The position numbers and the translations under genes are program-made. A DNA stretch of 64,000 bases from IMG/VR virus record IMGVR_UViG_3300031994_000017, positions 58,023 to 122,022 of that record, one strand, 5' to 3'. This DNA is from a virus (taxonomy: Duplodnaviria; Heunggongvirae; Uroviricota; Caudoviricetes). Of this stretch, positions 1 to 9,399 are shown piece by piece. The notes under the pieces are model-generated. The model did not search any database. It saw only the letters and a list, made by a program, of their open reading frames with translations, and had not been told where the DNA came from. Within the stretch, counting starts at the first letter, position 1; each line of letters opens with the position of its first letter.

Positions 1-382
1 CAGTCTTTCCAACAAGCGGAATACCAATTGCCGCGATAAAAGACTCAAAATTAGTAGATTTTGCTGCTTCAATTGAATTGAGAATGCGGTCAACTGACTT
101 TATGCCAAAGCCAGGAAGTTGTTTCCATTCTTCTTCATGTTCTTTTAGATGAAAAATATCCGCAAAACTATTAATCCAACCTTTATCAATTAGTTTTTCA
201 AGAGTCGCCTTAGAGATACCTTTAATATCTAAGCCTTTTTTGCCGCAGAAGTGTTCAATTTTATTTAACCATTTCCCTTCGCAATCGGGATTAGTACAGT
301 AAAGTTGTTCTGACTCATTAATTGCGGTAGGCTGGCCACAAATCGGACAAGTTTTTGGAATTTCAAAATAAATTTTATTCAT
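1..382 (-). CDS. ligA: C-terminal fragment of an NAD-dependent DNA ligase (Zn-finger CxxC...CxC plus HhH), partial at the window edge; a separate ORF with its own start and SD
   Basis: Translates to MNKIYFEIPKTCPICGQPTAINESEQLYCTNPDCEGKWLNKIEHFCGKKGLDIKGI...IGIPLVG. The Zn-ribbon and helix-hairpin-helix pattern matches the LigA C-terminal domains. Confidence 0.6.
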   Translation of the reverse strand, partial: MNKIYFEIPKTCPICGQPTAINESEQLYCTNPDCEGKWLNKIEHFCGKKGLDIKGISKATLEKLIDKGWINSFADIFHLKEHEEEWKQLPGFGIKSVDRILNSIEAAKSTNFESFIAAIGIPLVGKT

Positions 383-989
383 CATCTACATATCTCCAAT
401 GTAATTTTCCGCAGGTTTTTCGCTAACCTCTACATACCATACAAATTTTAGACTAAGTAGTGTTTGGATTCTATCGGGCAGCTTCTGAAGCACTTTCATA
501 GATTATACCAGTTTCAATACACTAAACTTTTCTTTTTCTTGCTTCAGTTGCTTTTTGAGCATTTATTTTTCGCATCTTAGCCATCTCTTCTGGATGTTCT
601 TTTTGCCATTTAAGCATATCTGCTGCTCGAGCAAGACCAAATTCTGGATGCTATTTTTGCCATTCTAAAGCTGCTGGTAAAGCATTTGGAGAGATTGAAT
701 GAAAACCGCCTCGATTTATATTATATCCTTTTTGAGGATCTCTAGCTTCATACAATTCTATATAATAATCTTCTTTTTCAGAAATTAAATTGGGTTCCCA
801 ATCTCCTTCTTCTAAAATAATATGTTCAAAATTATTCCAACCATATTTTTTAATAGCTTGAGTAAAATGCTAATTTTCTTTATAACCATGTCCATTTGCC
901 CATCTATCATTTGGTTTTTTTTGAGTTGTATACCCAATATACACCTTATTATTTATTTTGTTTTTATGCATATAAATAAAACAATACAT
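375..989 (-). mobile_element. GIY-YIG homing endonuclease with a C-terminal NUMOD-like DNA-binding motif, inserted between the two ligA segments; contains 3 in-frame TAG codons
   Basis: Starts MYCFIYMHKNKINNKVYIGYT and contains NINRGG (GIY-YIG). The C-terminal GIIYESASEAAR resembles a NUMOD helix. It has its own SD (AAGGAG). The reading frame is only open if TAG is sense. Confidence 0.55.
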
Positions 990-1058
990 ATTTATCACTC
1001 CTTCTATGTAATATAATTTTTGGAATAATCATATTACATAGAATTGTCCCAAAAATGT

Positions 1059-2174
1059 TTATTCTTTTTCAGCTTTAACAACTTGAGGAATGATAGCATT
1101 TTGTTTACATACCCAAATTTTTTGACCCCGATAAGGTTTTTCACCTAAAAGTTCTCTCATAATATTAAGATTATGAAGACTTGCCCTCTCAATAATACTA
1201 TCACCGTCATCTACTGGTTCAAAAACAGCCACAGGAGTCAGAATACCGGTTCTTCCCATAGACCATTCAATATTAAATAATCTAGTTTCAAATTCTTCAT
1301 CATAGAATTTGTAAGCAATAGCATTTTTAAAATGGTGGTCAGTTTCACCTAGAGAATTACCATAAGAGATATTATCAAACTTAAATACTAGACCGTCAAT
1401 AGGATAACCTTCTTGTTTACAAAGATCTTGAATATCTTTAACCGCATAAGCAAGATTTTCTTGAATCCAAGGGACAACTTCAAAACCCAATTGCGCTAGA
1501 GTAATAAGTCTTCGTTTAAAAGAATTATTATTTTCTATATCGCCTTTAATTAAGTCCCAAGCGATAAAAGTTAAATTCCGAGCAGCACATTCTTTACTAT
1601 TTAACAATCTGATACTTCCAGAAGCAAAATTACGAGGATTTTTATATTGTCCAGAAAAAGGTTCAAAATTTTTGTAAGTACAAATAACTTCTCCATCTAC
1701 GATTGTTTCATTCAAATTTGAAATTTTCTTAGGAATAGAAGGAATTACCATAGCATTATGTGTAATATCTTCTCCAATTAACCCATTACCGCGTGTTTCG
1801 GCTTTGATTAATTCACCATTAAGATAAATCAATGAACAAGTTAAACCATCCATTTTTGCCATGGCGACAAAATCTTTATTACCTAAAAAACTTTCAATTT
1901 CATCTATACTCTTGGTTTTATCTAAAGATAACATTTTATGATTATGTTTTGACTTCTTTAGGTTATTGACTGTTGTATAAACAATATTATGGGTGGGGGA
2001 ATTGGGATAATAAATACCTGTTTTTTGTTCAAGTTGTTCTAATTTAAAATATAAATCATCCCATTCTTTGTCGCTAATGGTAGGATGTCCTTCATCATAC
2101 TCTTTAGTCCTATCATTCAGATATTTAATTAGTTGCGGAATGTAATTTGCATCTGAAATATCAAAATCAAACAT
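1059..2174 (-). CDS. ligA: N-terminal adenylation and OB domains of an NAD-dependent DNA ligase
   Basis: Motifs KMDGL (KxDG) and ETRGNG in the 371-aa ORF; stop is TAA. Confidence 0.7.
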   Translation of the reverse strand: MFDFDISDANYIPQLIKYLNDRTKEYDEGHPTISDKEWDDLYFKLEQLEQKTGIYYPNSPTHNIVYTTVNNLKKSKHNHKMLSLDKTKSIDEIESFLGNKDFVAMAKMDGLTCSLIYLNGELIKAETRGNGLIGEDITHNAMVIPSIPKKISNLNETIVDGEVICTYKNFEPFSGQYKNPRNFASGSIRLLNSKECAARNLTFIAWDLIKGDIENNNSFKRRLITLAQLGFEVVPWIQENLAYAVKDIQDLCKQEGYPIDGLVFKFDNISYGNSLGETDHHFKNAIAYKFYDEEFETRLFNIEWSMGRTGILTPVAVFEPVDDGDSIIERASLHNLNIMRELLGEKPYRGQKIWVCKQNAIIPQVVKAEKE

Positions 2175-2185
2175 ATTTTATCCTC

Positions 2186-2240
2186 TTTTTCTTTTCTTAT
2201 ATATATTATACAATATTTTTTTTAAAAAGTCAAATTTGGT
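2186..2240 (-). promoter_or_regulatory. Conserved phage promoter motif (copy 1) upstream of the ligA N-terminal ORF
   Basis: Minus-strand TTGACTTTTTAAAAAAATATTGTATAATATATATAAGAAAAG; -35 TTGACT and -10 TATAAT. Confidence 0.5.
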
Positions 2241-2304
2241 CCAAAAGAAAGAAAAATAGTGTATAAACTTTCATATATTAAAAAGAGGAAAGGAGAATAT
2301 TCTC

Positions 2305-2490
2305 ATGCCCATTATTTCAAAAGTGAAACTTCCTAATATAACTACACCTTATGATATTGGCGTAAATTGGGAAAATGTTAAAGATAAACCAAATGTGGGT
2401 GGAGTTGATGTTAGCGTGAGTGATGAGGATTTAAAAATAAAAACAAATAATAATATATTATTAGAAAGTGCCGAGGAGGTAAGTTTCTAA
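2305..2490 (+). CDS. Small hypothetical protein upstream of the plus-strand fiber gene
   Basis: 61-aa ORF with AGGAG SD. Confidence 0.4.
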   Translation: MPIISKVKLPNITTPYDIGVNWENVKDKPNVGGVDVSVSDEDLKIKTNNNILLESAEEVSF

Positions 2491-2492
2491 TT

Positions 2493-4439
2493 ATGAGTGA
2501 ATTATATAGTATTAAAGAAGAAACTTTAACAAGTATAGCAAATGCGATACGTAGCAAAAATGGTAGTTCTGATACTTATACGCCTGGCGAAATGGCAGAT
2601 GCTATTGCGGCGATTAGTAGTGGAAGCGTAGAACATCTGTCGTGGCATTAGTGTCCAGAGCTGGTGCGGAATTATCTGGTGGCAGCAGCCGCGGCATATC
2701 CAACTGCGGCAGCAGATTTTACTGTTATCAATGAAAATGATTATGGTGAAGTAATGTATCAAAACATCCCCGACGCTGTAAGCAATGCAAACTCAAAACC
2801 AATTGGATATACTATTGATGGCATTACGTTTTATAACAATGAACCTGGTGTAGCAACGCCTTTTGCTACAACAAACAAAGCTGGGACATTAATGGCTTTA
2901 GATTGGCTCAGATGGTATAATACGACATTGGCACCTAAGGCGGAAGGAAGCTAGTATCCGCGTGGAAAGAATTGTAGAGATCTTGGTGGTTGGGCTTGTG
3001 ATGGTGGTACAATTAAATATGGGATGCTCGTGCGCGGCTCTGAGCCAAATCCTGCCGATAAAGATTTAATGGTCAACAAAATTGGCATCAAGACTGAAGT
3101 TCAGCTCCTACCGGTCTCGGAACAAGGCACGAATTACAAAATGAAATCTCCATGGGGCATTGATTGGGCAGGAAATGACACAGAGGCTAGTTCTGTTTAC
3201 AGCATTACCGACAGCAAAGTGCTTTGGAAGAAGCTCCTCGAACCTATCATGGATTCTGTTATTCACAGCAAACCAGTTTACTTTCATTGTGGTGTTGGCG
3301 CAGATCGCACTGGTGTTATAGCTATGATGCTAGAAGGACTGCTTGGGGTAAGCAGAGCTAATGTAGATATGGATTTTGAACTTACGAATTTTGCGCTTGG
3401 ATGGAAAATAATTAATGGTAATGTATATCGTTCTAGAGCATACCCTACATATCAAAGTATGATGACGGCTTGGATGAGTGACAGTTCTAATCCTCTAGTT
3501 GGGGGATTAACAGATAGTTTTCGTAATCGCTGTATCTCTCATGTTTTGTCTTGCGGTATTAAAATTGATAAAATCAACGCTTTTCGTGCGGCAATGATTG
3601 ATGGAAACCCTGAGACGATCACCATTACAGTACCAGCTTACACAATCAGCAAGAGTGGAATTAATATCAATTTTGATAATCAAATTTCGTCTGTAAATGA
3701 AAATGACTCGTATAGCGTAGGTGTGACTCCGGCAAGCGGCTATGTGATTTCTGATGTCTCCATAACGATGGGTGGCGTGGACATCACGAGTCAGGTGTTC
3801 AGCGGAACTCCAACCACGCGCCGCGTCCGTGTAACAAACAATCTGGTAAACTGCTCCACGTCCAACAGCGCAAAAGTGGTTGAGACTGGAACGGCATATG
3901 CGGCTACGATCACCGCTGACGAAGGGTACACGCTTGATGGAGCAATAATAACTATTACAATGGGAGGAACTAGCATGAGTCAATATTATTCAAATGGTAC
4001 AATCAATATTCCTGCTGTGACTGGTGATGTTGTTATCAGCATTTCAGCGGTTGAATCTGTTCGGGAGAATCTATTTGATCCTACTAACGCACAATATAAT
4101 AAGAGAATCAGTTATAGTAGCGGCACAGAAAGAGACAAGACTGGCGGTTTGGTCACAAATATGATTGATATTACTAACATTAACACGCTTACTGTTGAAG
4201 GAATCACCGAGCTGGCATTGTTTGAATCCCTTTATGCTTTGGAAGCATACTATTCAACAGGCACGTTTGGTCAAGGATACCTTGGATACAGATCATCTAC
4301 GAGTGCTACATATGTTTTTGATGTCGCATCTTACAAAGCAGAGTATCCTACCGCTACGCACATTGCGCTCTACTTCGGTATCTCGACTGAAGCAATCTCG
4401 GCGGCAAATGTGGCAGATCTTGCTATTTATGGTAGCTAA
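2493..4439 (+). CDS. Tail-fiber or receptor-binding-like protein. It has an N-terminal anchor module shared with the 14195..16081 paralog, a Cys-based phosphatase domain (HCGVGADRTG, CX5R) and Ig-like repeats. It contains 2 in-frame TAG codons.
   Basis: ATG at 2493 after a GAGGAGG SD. Two in-frame TAG codons are read through. The N-terminus ETLTSIANAIRSKNGSSDTYTPGEMADAIAAIS parallels SNLTAIANAIRAKNGLSASYTPAQMPAAIGEIS of 14195..16081. The GC content is elevated. Confidence 0.5.
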
Positions 4440-4486
4440 AAAAGACATAACTATAATAAAATCTAAAATGCGAAAAATTAATTAAA

Positions 4487-4520
4487 TGAAAAGACGAGTC
4501 TTTAAAGACTCGTCTTTTTT
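4487..4520. terminator. Bidirectional intrinsic terminator between the convergent fiber gene and the topoisomerase gene
   Basis: AAGACGAGTC-TTTAAA-GACTCGTCTT perfect hairpin flanked by T/A runs. Confidence 0.6.
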
Positions 4521-6880
4521 TATATCTTACTTACTGATAAAATACGATTATCCTTTATAATAATATTACCTTGTGCCATGCGTCCTACTTGAGGAATTTC
4601 TTCAGCTTTTATACATAGACTATTATTATTACCAATAGCTAGTAAAGTATCGCTATTATTTACTATGGCCGCATCTTTTACATAATCATTATCATTTAAT
4701 TTACAGATTATTAAACCTTTACCGCCTCGGCTTTGTACCATTAGTTCATTTGTATTAGTCCTTTTGCCCATGCCTTCATAGGTAAAAACCGCCAAATCAT
4801 CATTTTTATCTCTAATAGGAAGAGCTTTTACAACTTGGTCATCATCTTTCAAAGTAATTCCTTTTAAACCAATAGTTGTTCTACCACTAGCAGGAATAGT
4901 TAAGCTGTTAAGTCTAAGCGCCATACCCTTTTTAGTTAAAATAACTACATCCTCATCATTCACTAAGAAAGCTGAAGCAATATTATCTCCTTCTTTAAGG
5001 TTAATAGCGGCCAAACCGGTCTTTTTCCGCGTCTTAGTATATTCTTCAAGACTAGTCTTTTTAGTAATTCCATTTCTAGTAACAAACATAACATACTTAG
5101 CGTTAGTATCTCGGTAAATAGAATAAATAGTAACAGGATATTCACCTGTTTCCATTTCAATTAAAGCATTTACCGGCATACCCTTAGAAGTATTATTGCC
5201 TTCTGGAATTTCATTTACGATAAGACGATACATATTACCCTTATTGGTAAATACCATAAGTTTGTCTACGGTATTAGTGCGCAACACCATATTTGTAATA
5301 TCATCTTTTGTTTTTACACCTTTAGTATTGCGGCGTTGGGTCCGGAAGGCGGAAATGGGAATACGCTTAATAAGACCGCTTTCACTCAAAATTACGACGC
5401 ATTTTTCAGGTTCAATATTTGCGATTTCTTTATCTTCATCTTTTGGTTCGGCAATTTGAGTTAATTCAGTTCTGCGAGGACGGCCATATTTCTTACCAAA
5501 GGTAATTAAACGTGTTAAGAAAATACTTTCTCGTTCTTGAACGCTATTTATAACTTTTAAAGCATTAGTTATTTTTTGCTCTAATTCAGCTTTTTCCTCA
5601 TTTAGTTCAATACTCTCTAGGTGCGCCAATCTACCTAACTTCATATCAACAATTGCTTTAGCTTGTTTTTCAGTGAAGTTATATTGTTGTTTTAATTTAA
5701 TAACTGCATCACTAGAACTATTAGATTTCTTAATGAGCGCAATGATATTATCTATATCTTCTAGGGCTTTAAGAAGACCATCAACAATTTCTTTGCGATT
5801 AAGCATTTTATTATAATCAAAAGAATATTCTTTCAAGATGCAATTAATGTTATGTTCAATATATATGTCTAAATATTCTTTTAAATTAAGAAGTTTAGGA
5901 GTTTTACCCACCAAAGCATACTGATTTGCATTAAAACTTTTCTGCAAATCAGTATTTTTATACAGAGCATTTAAGATTTTATGAATGTTTCCTTCACATT
6001 CAATTTCAATTAAAAGCTGTTTTTTATCACTTTTATTAGTTACATTGATAATACCAGGAATAGTATCTTCAATAGCCAGTTTTTTAATTTCCTCTATCAA
6101 TGGTTCTATATAAACTTGATAAGGTACTTCGGTAATTAGAATTTTATCTTTTTGTATTTCTGCCTTTGCGCGCAAAACGACTTTACCCTTGCCAGTTTCA
6201 TAAATAGACTTTAAATTATCTTTATTTATAATAATTCCACCAGTAGGAAAGTCTGGGGCCAAATTAGAATAATTTAGTTTTTTTGTTTCTACGTATTCTT
6301 TAATAACCGCGATTAACTCATTTAAGTTACTGGGCAACCATACATTTGCGATTGTACTACCGATTCCTTGGCAACCATTAATCATAAGTCGCGGAAAGAT
6401 AGCTGGTAAAACTACCGGCCATTCAGCATCTTCAGAGAAATTCTGTTTCATTGGGACATTATTTTTATTAATACCAACAAACATACCTTCTTCTGTTGAT
6501 TTGGCCAATCTAGCTTCTGTATATCTATCAGCGGCTGGTTCTCCGCTAATTTGGATAGAACCATTTGCTCCATGCCAATCTACTTCTGGAAGATTATTAA
6601 TCCAAGGCTGAGACATTCTCGCAAATGTTTCATAAACAGCTACGTTACCATGCGGCCACCAAGTTGCGATAGTTCCGCCGCTAATCTTAGCACTTTTTAC
6701 ATGAGGCTTATTGCTAGTATAACCTTTTGAATACATTTCCCAAAGACAAGCCCGTTGTCCAGGCTTAAGTCCGTCTCTCGCATCAGCAAAAGCTCTTTGG
6801 CAGTTTGCTTCATAAGAAAAATCCAAAAAGTTTTGACCTAATTCTTTATTAATATCAATCATTTTCATTAGCCTCCTCAC
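4520..6880 (-). CDS. Type II DNA topoisomerase, large (GyrA/ParC/T4 gp52-like) subunit
   Basis: DGLKPGQRACLWEM (compare GyrA DGLKPVHRRVL); 786 aa. Confidence 0.7.
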   Translation of the reverse strand: MRRLMKMIDINKELGQNFLDFSYEANCQRAFADARDGLKPGQRACLWEMYSKGYTSNKPHVKSAKISGGTIATWWPHGNVAVYETFARMSQPWINNLPEVDWHGANGSIQISGEPAADRYTEARLAKSTEEGMFVGINKNNVPMKQNFSEDAEWPVVLPAIFPRLMINGCQGIGSTIANVWLPSNLNELIAVIKEYVETKKLNYSNLAPDFPTGGIIINKDNLKSIYETGKGKVVLRAKAEIQKDKILITEVPYQVYIEPLIEEIKKLAIEDTIPGIINVTNKSDKKQLLIEIECEGNIHKILNALYKNTDLQKSFNANQYALVGKTPKLLNLKEYLDIYIEHNINCILKEYSFDYNKMLNRKEIVDGLLKALEDIDNIIALIKKSNSSSDAVIKLKQQYNFTEKQAKAIVDMKLGRLAHLESIELNEEKAELEQKITNALKVINSVQERESIFLTRLITFGKKYGRPRRTELTQIAEPKDEDKEIANIEPEKCVVILSESGLIKRIPISAFRTQRRNTKGVKTKDDITNMVLRTNTVDKLMVFTNKGNMYRLIVNEIPEGNNTSKGMPVNALIEMETGEYPVTIYSIYRDTNAKYVMFVTRNGITKKTSLEEYTKTRKKTGLAAINLKEGDNIASAFLVNDEDVVILTKKGMALRLNSLTIPASGRTTIGLKGITLKDDDQVVKALPIRDKNDDLAVFTYEGMGKRTNTNELMVQSRGGKGLIICKLNDNDYVKDAAIVNNSDTLLAIGNNNSLCIKAEEIPQVGRMAQGNIIIKDNRILSVSKI

Positions 6881-8762
6881 TGTGCGCTAAAAGATAAGCT
6901 CGTCTAGGTGGAACAGAAGGACCCAATAGACATTCAATCAAATTCTCAGTTTCTTTTATATCATTAACAACAAGTTGGGCAATATTACGAGTCTCAGGAT
7001 TTAGGAGCGCATCAGCAAGCTCTTCTGCGTCACTCTCGCCAAGGCCCTTGTTTCTGTTTATAAGATATTTTTCATTTTTATGAGCTTCTTTGTATTCTTC
7101 TAGTGCTTTATTATCTTTTAAAAAGATATATTGATTTTTCTTAGTGGTAATACGGAAAAGAGGTGGCATAGTTGTATAAACATGACCATTTAAAATTAAC
7201 TCTGGGCAAATCCACCAAAAGAACTCAATAAGTAAGTTACGAATAGCAGAACCATCAGCATCAGCATCAGCGCATAAAAGAATTTTTCCGTAACGTAATT
7301 TTTTGGTGTCATAAATAAGTTTATTAGTTTTAGGATTTAATTCAAGTCCTAATGCCTTAATAATATTTATTACTTCTTGATTTGCGAAAATCTTTTCACT
7401 ACTATTTTTATATGTTGAAATTAATTTTCCTCTAATAGGAAATACAGCATGAATTTCTGCTGTACGTGCTTCTACTAGTCCGGATGCGGCAGAGTCACCC
7501 TCCGCAATTAATAGCTCACATTTACTTCTATCCTTACCCCAACAGTCTACTAATTTGGTAGGAAGATTAAGTAATTTGTTTTTATTTCCTTTAAGTTCTT
7601 TATCTCTAACCGCGTTTCTAGCTTTTGCAGCAGCTTCACGAGCCTTTTTCGCCATTTTAGCTTTATCTGCAATAATTTTAATTTCTTTTTCATTCGCGGC
7701 CAACCATATGCGCAGCTCTTCAGCAATTGCCGCTGTATATGGCGTCATTTCAAGCTTCGTTACGCGCGTTTTTACCTGCGCATCATAGCCAACATTAGGA
7801 GCAGTAATATTAAATACAATATATAATCCTTCTTGAATATCTTCGCCAGAAAGATTATCTTCTCCCTCTTTAAGCCACTTTTTATCTTTAAAGAATTTAT
7901 TAAATTCTCTTGTCAAAAGAGATTTAATTTGAGTAATATGCGGACCAACGCTTGTGAGACCGGTATTGACATATGGAACCATAGTCATCGCATAGTTTGA
8001 GGTATATGTCATTACCATATCAATTTTATTTTTGCCATTAGCAAACTTTAAATCAAAGCGATGGTCAATTAATTCTTTACCTTTAACCGCTTCATCTACC
8101 AAATCATTTAATCCGTTTTTAGAAAAGTATGTTGTCTTTTCTCCATTGTTATTTAATTCAATAGTAAGACCAGGGCAAAGACATGAAACTGTCTTGAACA
8201 GGGCTTTCAGTTCACTTACATTTACTTCTGGATGTGTAAAAAATTCTTCACTTGGCTGCCAACATACTTCTGTTCCATCTGGTAGAGTAGTTTTTTCAGA
8301 CCAGCGTTTTTCAAATTCTCCCTCTTTAAAACGGATTTGTTCGCTATCACCATTACGATAAGTTTTAACAACTAACCAATGAGAAAGGAATGTTGTAATC
8401 TTTGAACCAATGCCAAAAGAACCAAGAGATGTACCTTCATATGTTCCATCTTCTCTATATTTACCCGAAGTATTTAATACACTAAAAGCGGCTTCAAGAA
8501 TAGTTTTTCCATCTTCTCTAAAAGAATTAGGAATAAAACCTTGACCGTAATCCCTTAAACGGCATTTTGTTCCTTCAATTTCAACTTCAATTTTATTTCC
8601 ATGCCCTAATCTAAATTCATCTACGGCATTAGAGAAAATTTCTACCAAAAGTTGAGTGGAATAGGTTGTGTCGCCCGCATAAACGCCTGGCCGCAAACGA
8701 GTAAATTCTAGTGGAGAAAGTGATTCAATTGATTTTTCATTATATAATGTTTTATCTGTCAT
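6855..8762 (-). CDS. Type II DNA topoisomerase, ATPase/Toprim (GyrB/ParE/T4 gp39-like) subunit
   Basis: GHKL-like N-terminus (EIFSNAVDE) and Toprim (LLIAEGDSAASG). Confidence 0.7.
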   Translation of the reverse strand: MTDKTLYNEKSIESLSPLEFTRLRPGVYAGDTTYSTQLLVEIFSNAVDEFRLGHGNKIEVEIEGTKCRLRDYGQGFIPNSFREDGKTILEAAFSVLNTSGKYREDGTYEGTSLGSFGIGSKITTFLSHWLVVKTYRNGDSEQIRFKEGEFEKRWSEKTTLPDGTEVCWQPSEEFFTHPEVNVSELKALFKTVSCLCPGLTIELNNNGEKTTYFSKNGLNDLVDEAVKGKELIDHRFDLKFANGKNKIDMVMTYTSNYAMTMVPYVNTGLTSVGPHITQIKSLLTREFNKFFKDKKWLKEGEDNLSGEDIQEGLYIVFNITAPNVGYDAQVKTRVTKLEMTPYTAAIAEELRIWLAANEKEIKIIADKAKMAKKAREAAAKARNAVRDKELKGNKNKLLNLPTKLVDCWGKDRSKCELLIAEGDSAASGLVEARTAEIHAVFPIRGKLISTYKNSSEKIFANQEVINIIKALGLELNPKTNKLIYDTKKLRYGKILLCADADADGSAIRNLLIEFFWWICPELILNGHVYTTMPPLFRITTKKNQYIFLKDNKALEEYKEAHKNEKYLINRNKGLGESDAEELADALLNPETRNIAQLVVNDIKETENLIECLLGPSVPPRRAYLLAHSEEANEND

Positions 8763-9208
8763 TATTTACCTCCTATTGGTTTTTCTTTTCCGGTCGCGAG
8801 CTTATCTGCTCTCTCGTTCCAGATATGGCCCGCGTGACCTTTAATTTTTTGGAGATTAATTCTATAACCTTTTTGATAATGCTCATAATATGCTTTTATA
8901 ATATCAAGATTTTCTGGAATTTTTTTATCACTTTTTATCCACCCATTATTAGCCCAACTAAACATCCAATTGGTAAGTGTATTGAAGCAATATGCGGAAT
9001 CAGTATATACTTCTGGATAAGGAGCTTCTTTTACTCCATACATAAGCATAGAATATAAAATAGCTTCTAATTCCATGCGGTTATTGGTTACATTTTCTTT
9101 TTGCTTAGCATATTCGCTAATTAAATATCCTTCATCGGCAACTACTACGACCCCAAAGCCGCCTGGCCCTGGGTTTCCGTGCGAAGAACCGTCAGTAAAT
9201 ATTTTCAT
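8762..9208 (-). CDS. rnhA: Ribonuclease H
   Basis: MKIFTDGSSHGNPGPGGFGVVV...NNRMELEAI...HAGHIWNERADKLA. Confidence 0.7.
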   Translation of the reverse strand: MKIFTDGSSHGNPGPGGFGVVVVADEGYLISEYAKQKENVTNNRMELEAILYSMLMYGVKEAPYPEVYTDSAYCFNTLTNWMFSWANNGWIKSDKKIPENLDIIKAYYEHYQKGYRINLQKIKGHAGHIWNERADKLATGKEKPIGGK

Positions 9209-9295
9209 TTATTTGCCTCCATACATTGACTTTTCAAAAAAAATTATTTATACTATTTATAGAGATTGAAAAATCAATTAATTTTATTATCTTTT

Positions 9296-9350
9296 TTCTT
9301 TATATAATATATTATATCATATTTTTTCATAAAAATCAAGCAAAAAATAA
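9296..9350 (-). promoter_or_regulatory. Conserved promoter motif (copy 2)
   Basis: TTGATTTTTATGAAAAAATATGATATAATATATTATATAAAG on the minus strand. Confidence 0.45.
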
Positions 9351-9399
9351 AAAAGGACTATATTAATATAAAATAATATAGTCCTTTTATTAAAATTTA

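Noticed and set aside
822-1016. Plus-strand ORF 822..1016.
   Set aside because: It is antisense to the GIY-YIG endonuclease gene, which has an SD and clear motifs.
3507-3983. Minus-strand ORFs 3507..3983 and 3791..3976 and plus-strand ORF 4165..4485 inside the fiber gene.
   Set aside because: They are embedded in, or antisense to, the 2493..4439 coding frame in a GC-rich segment where spurious ORFs are expected.
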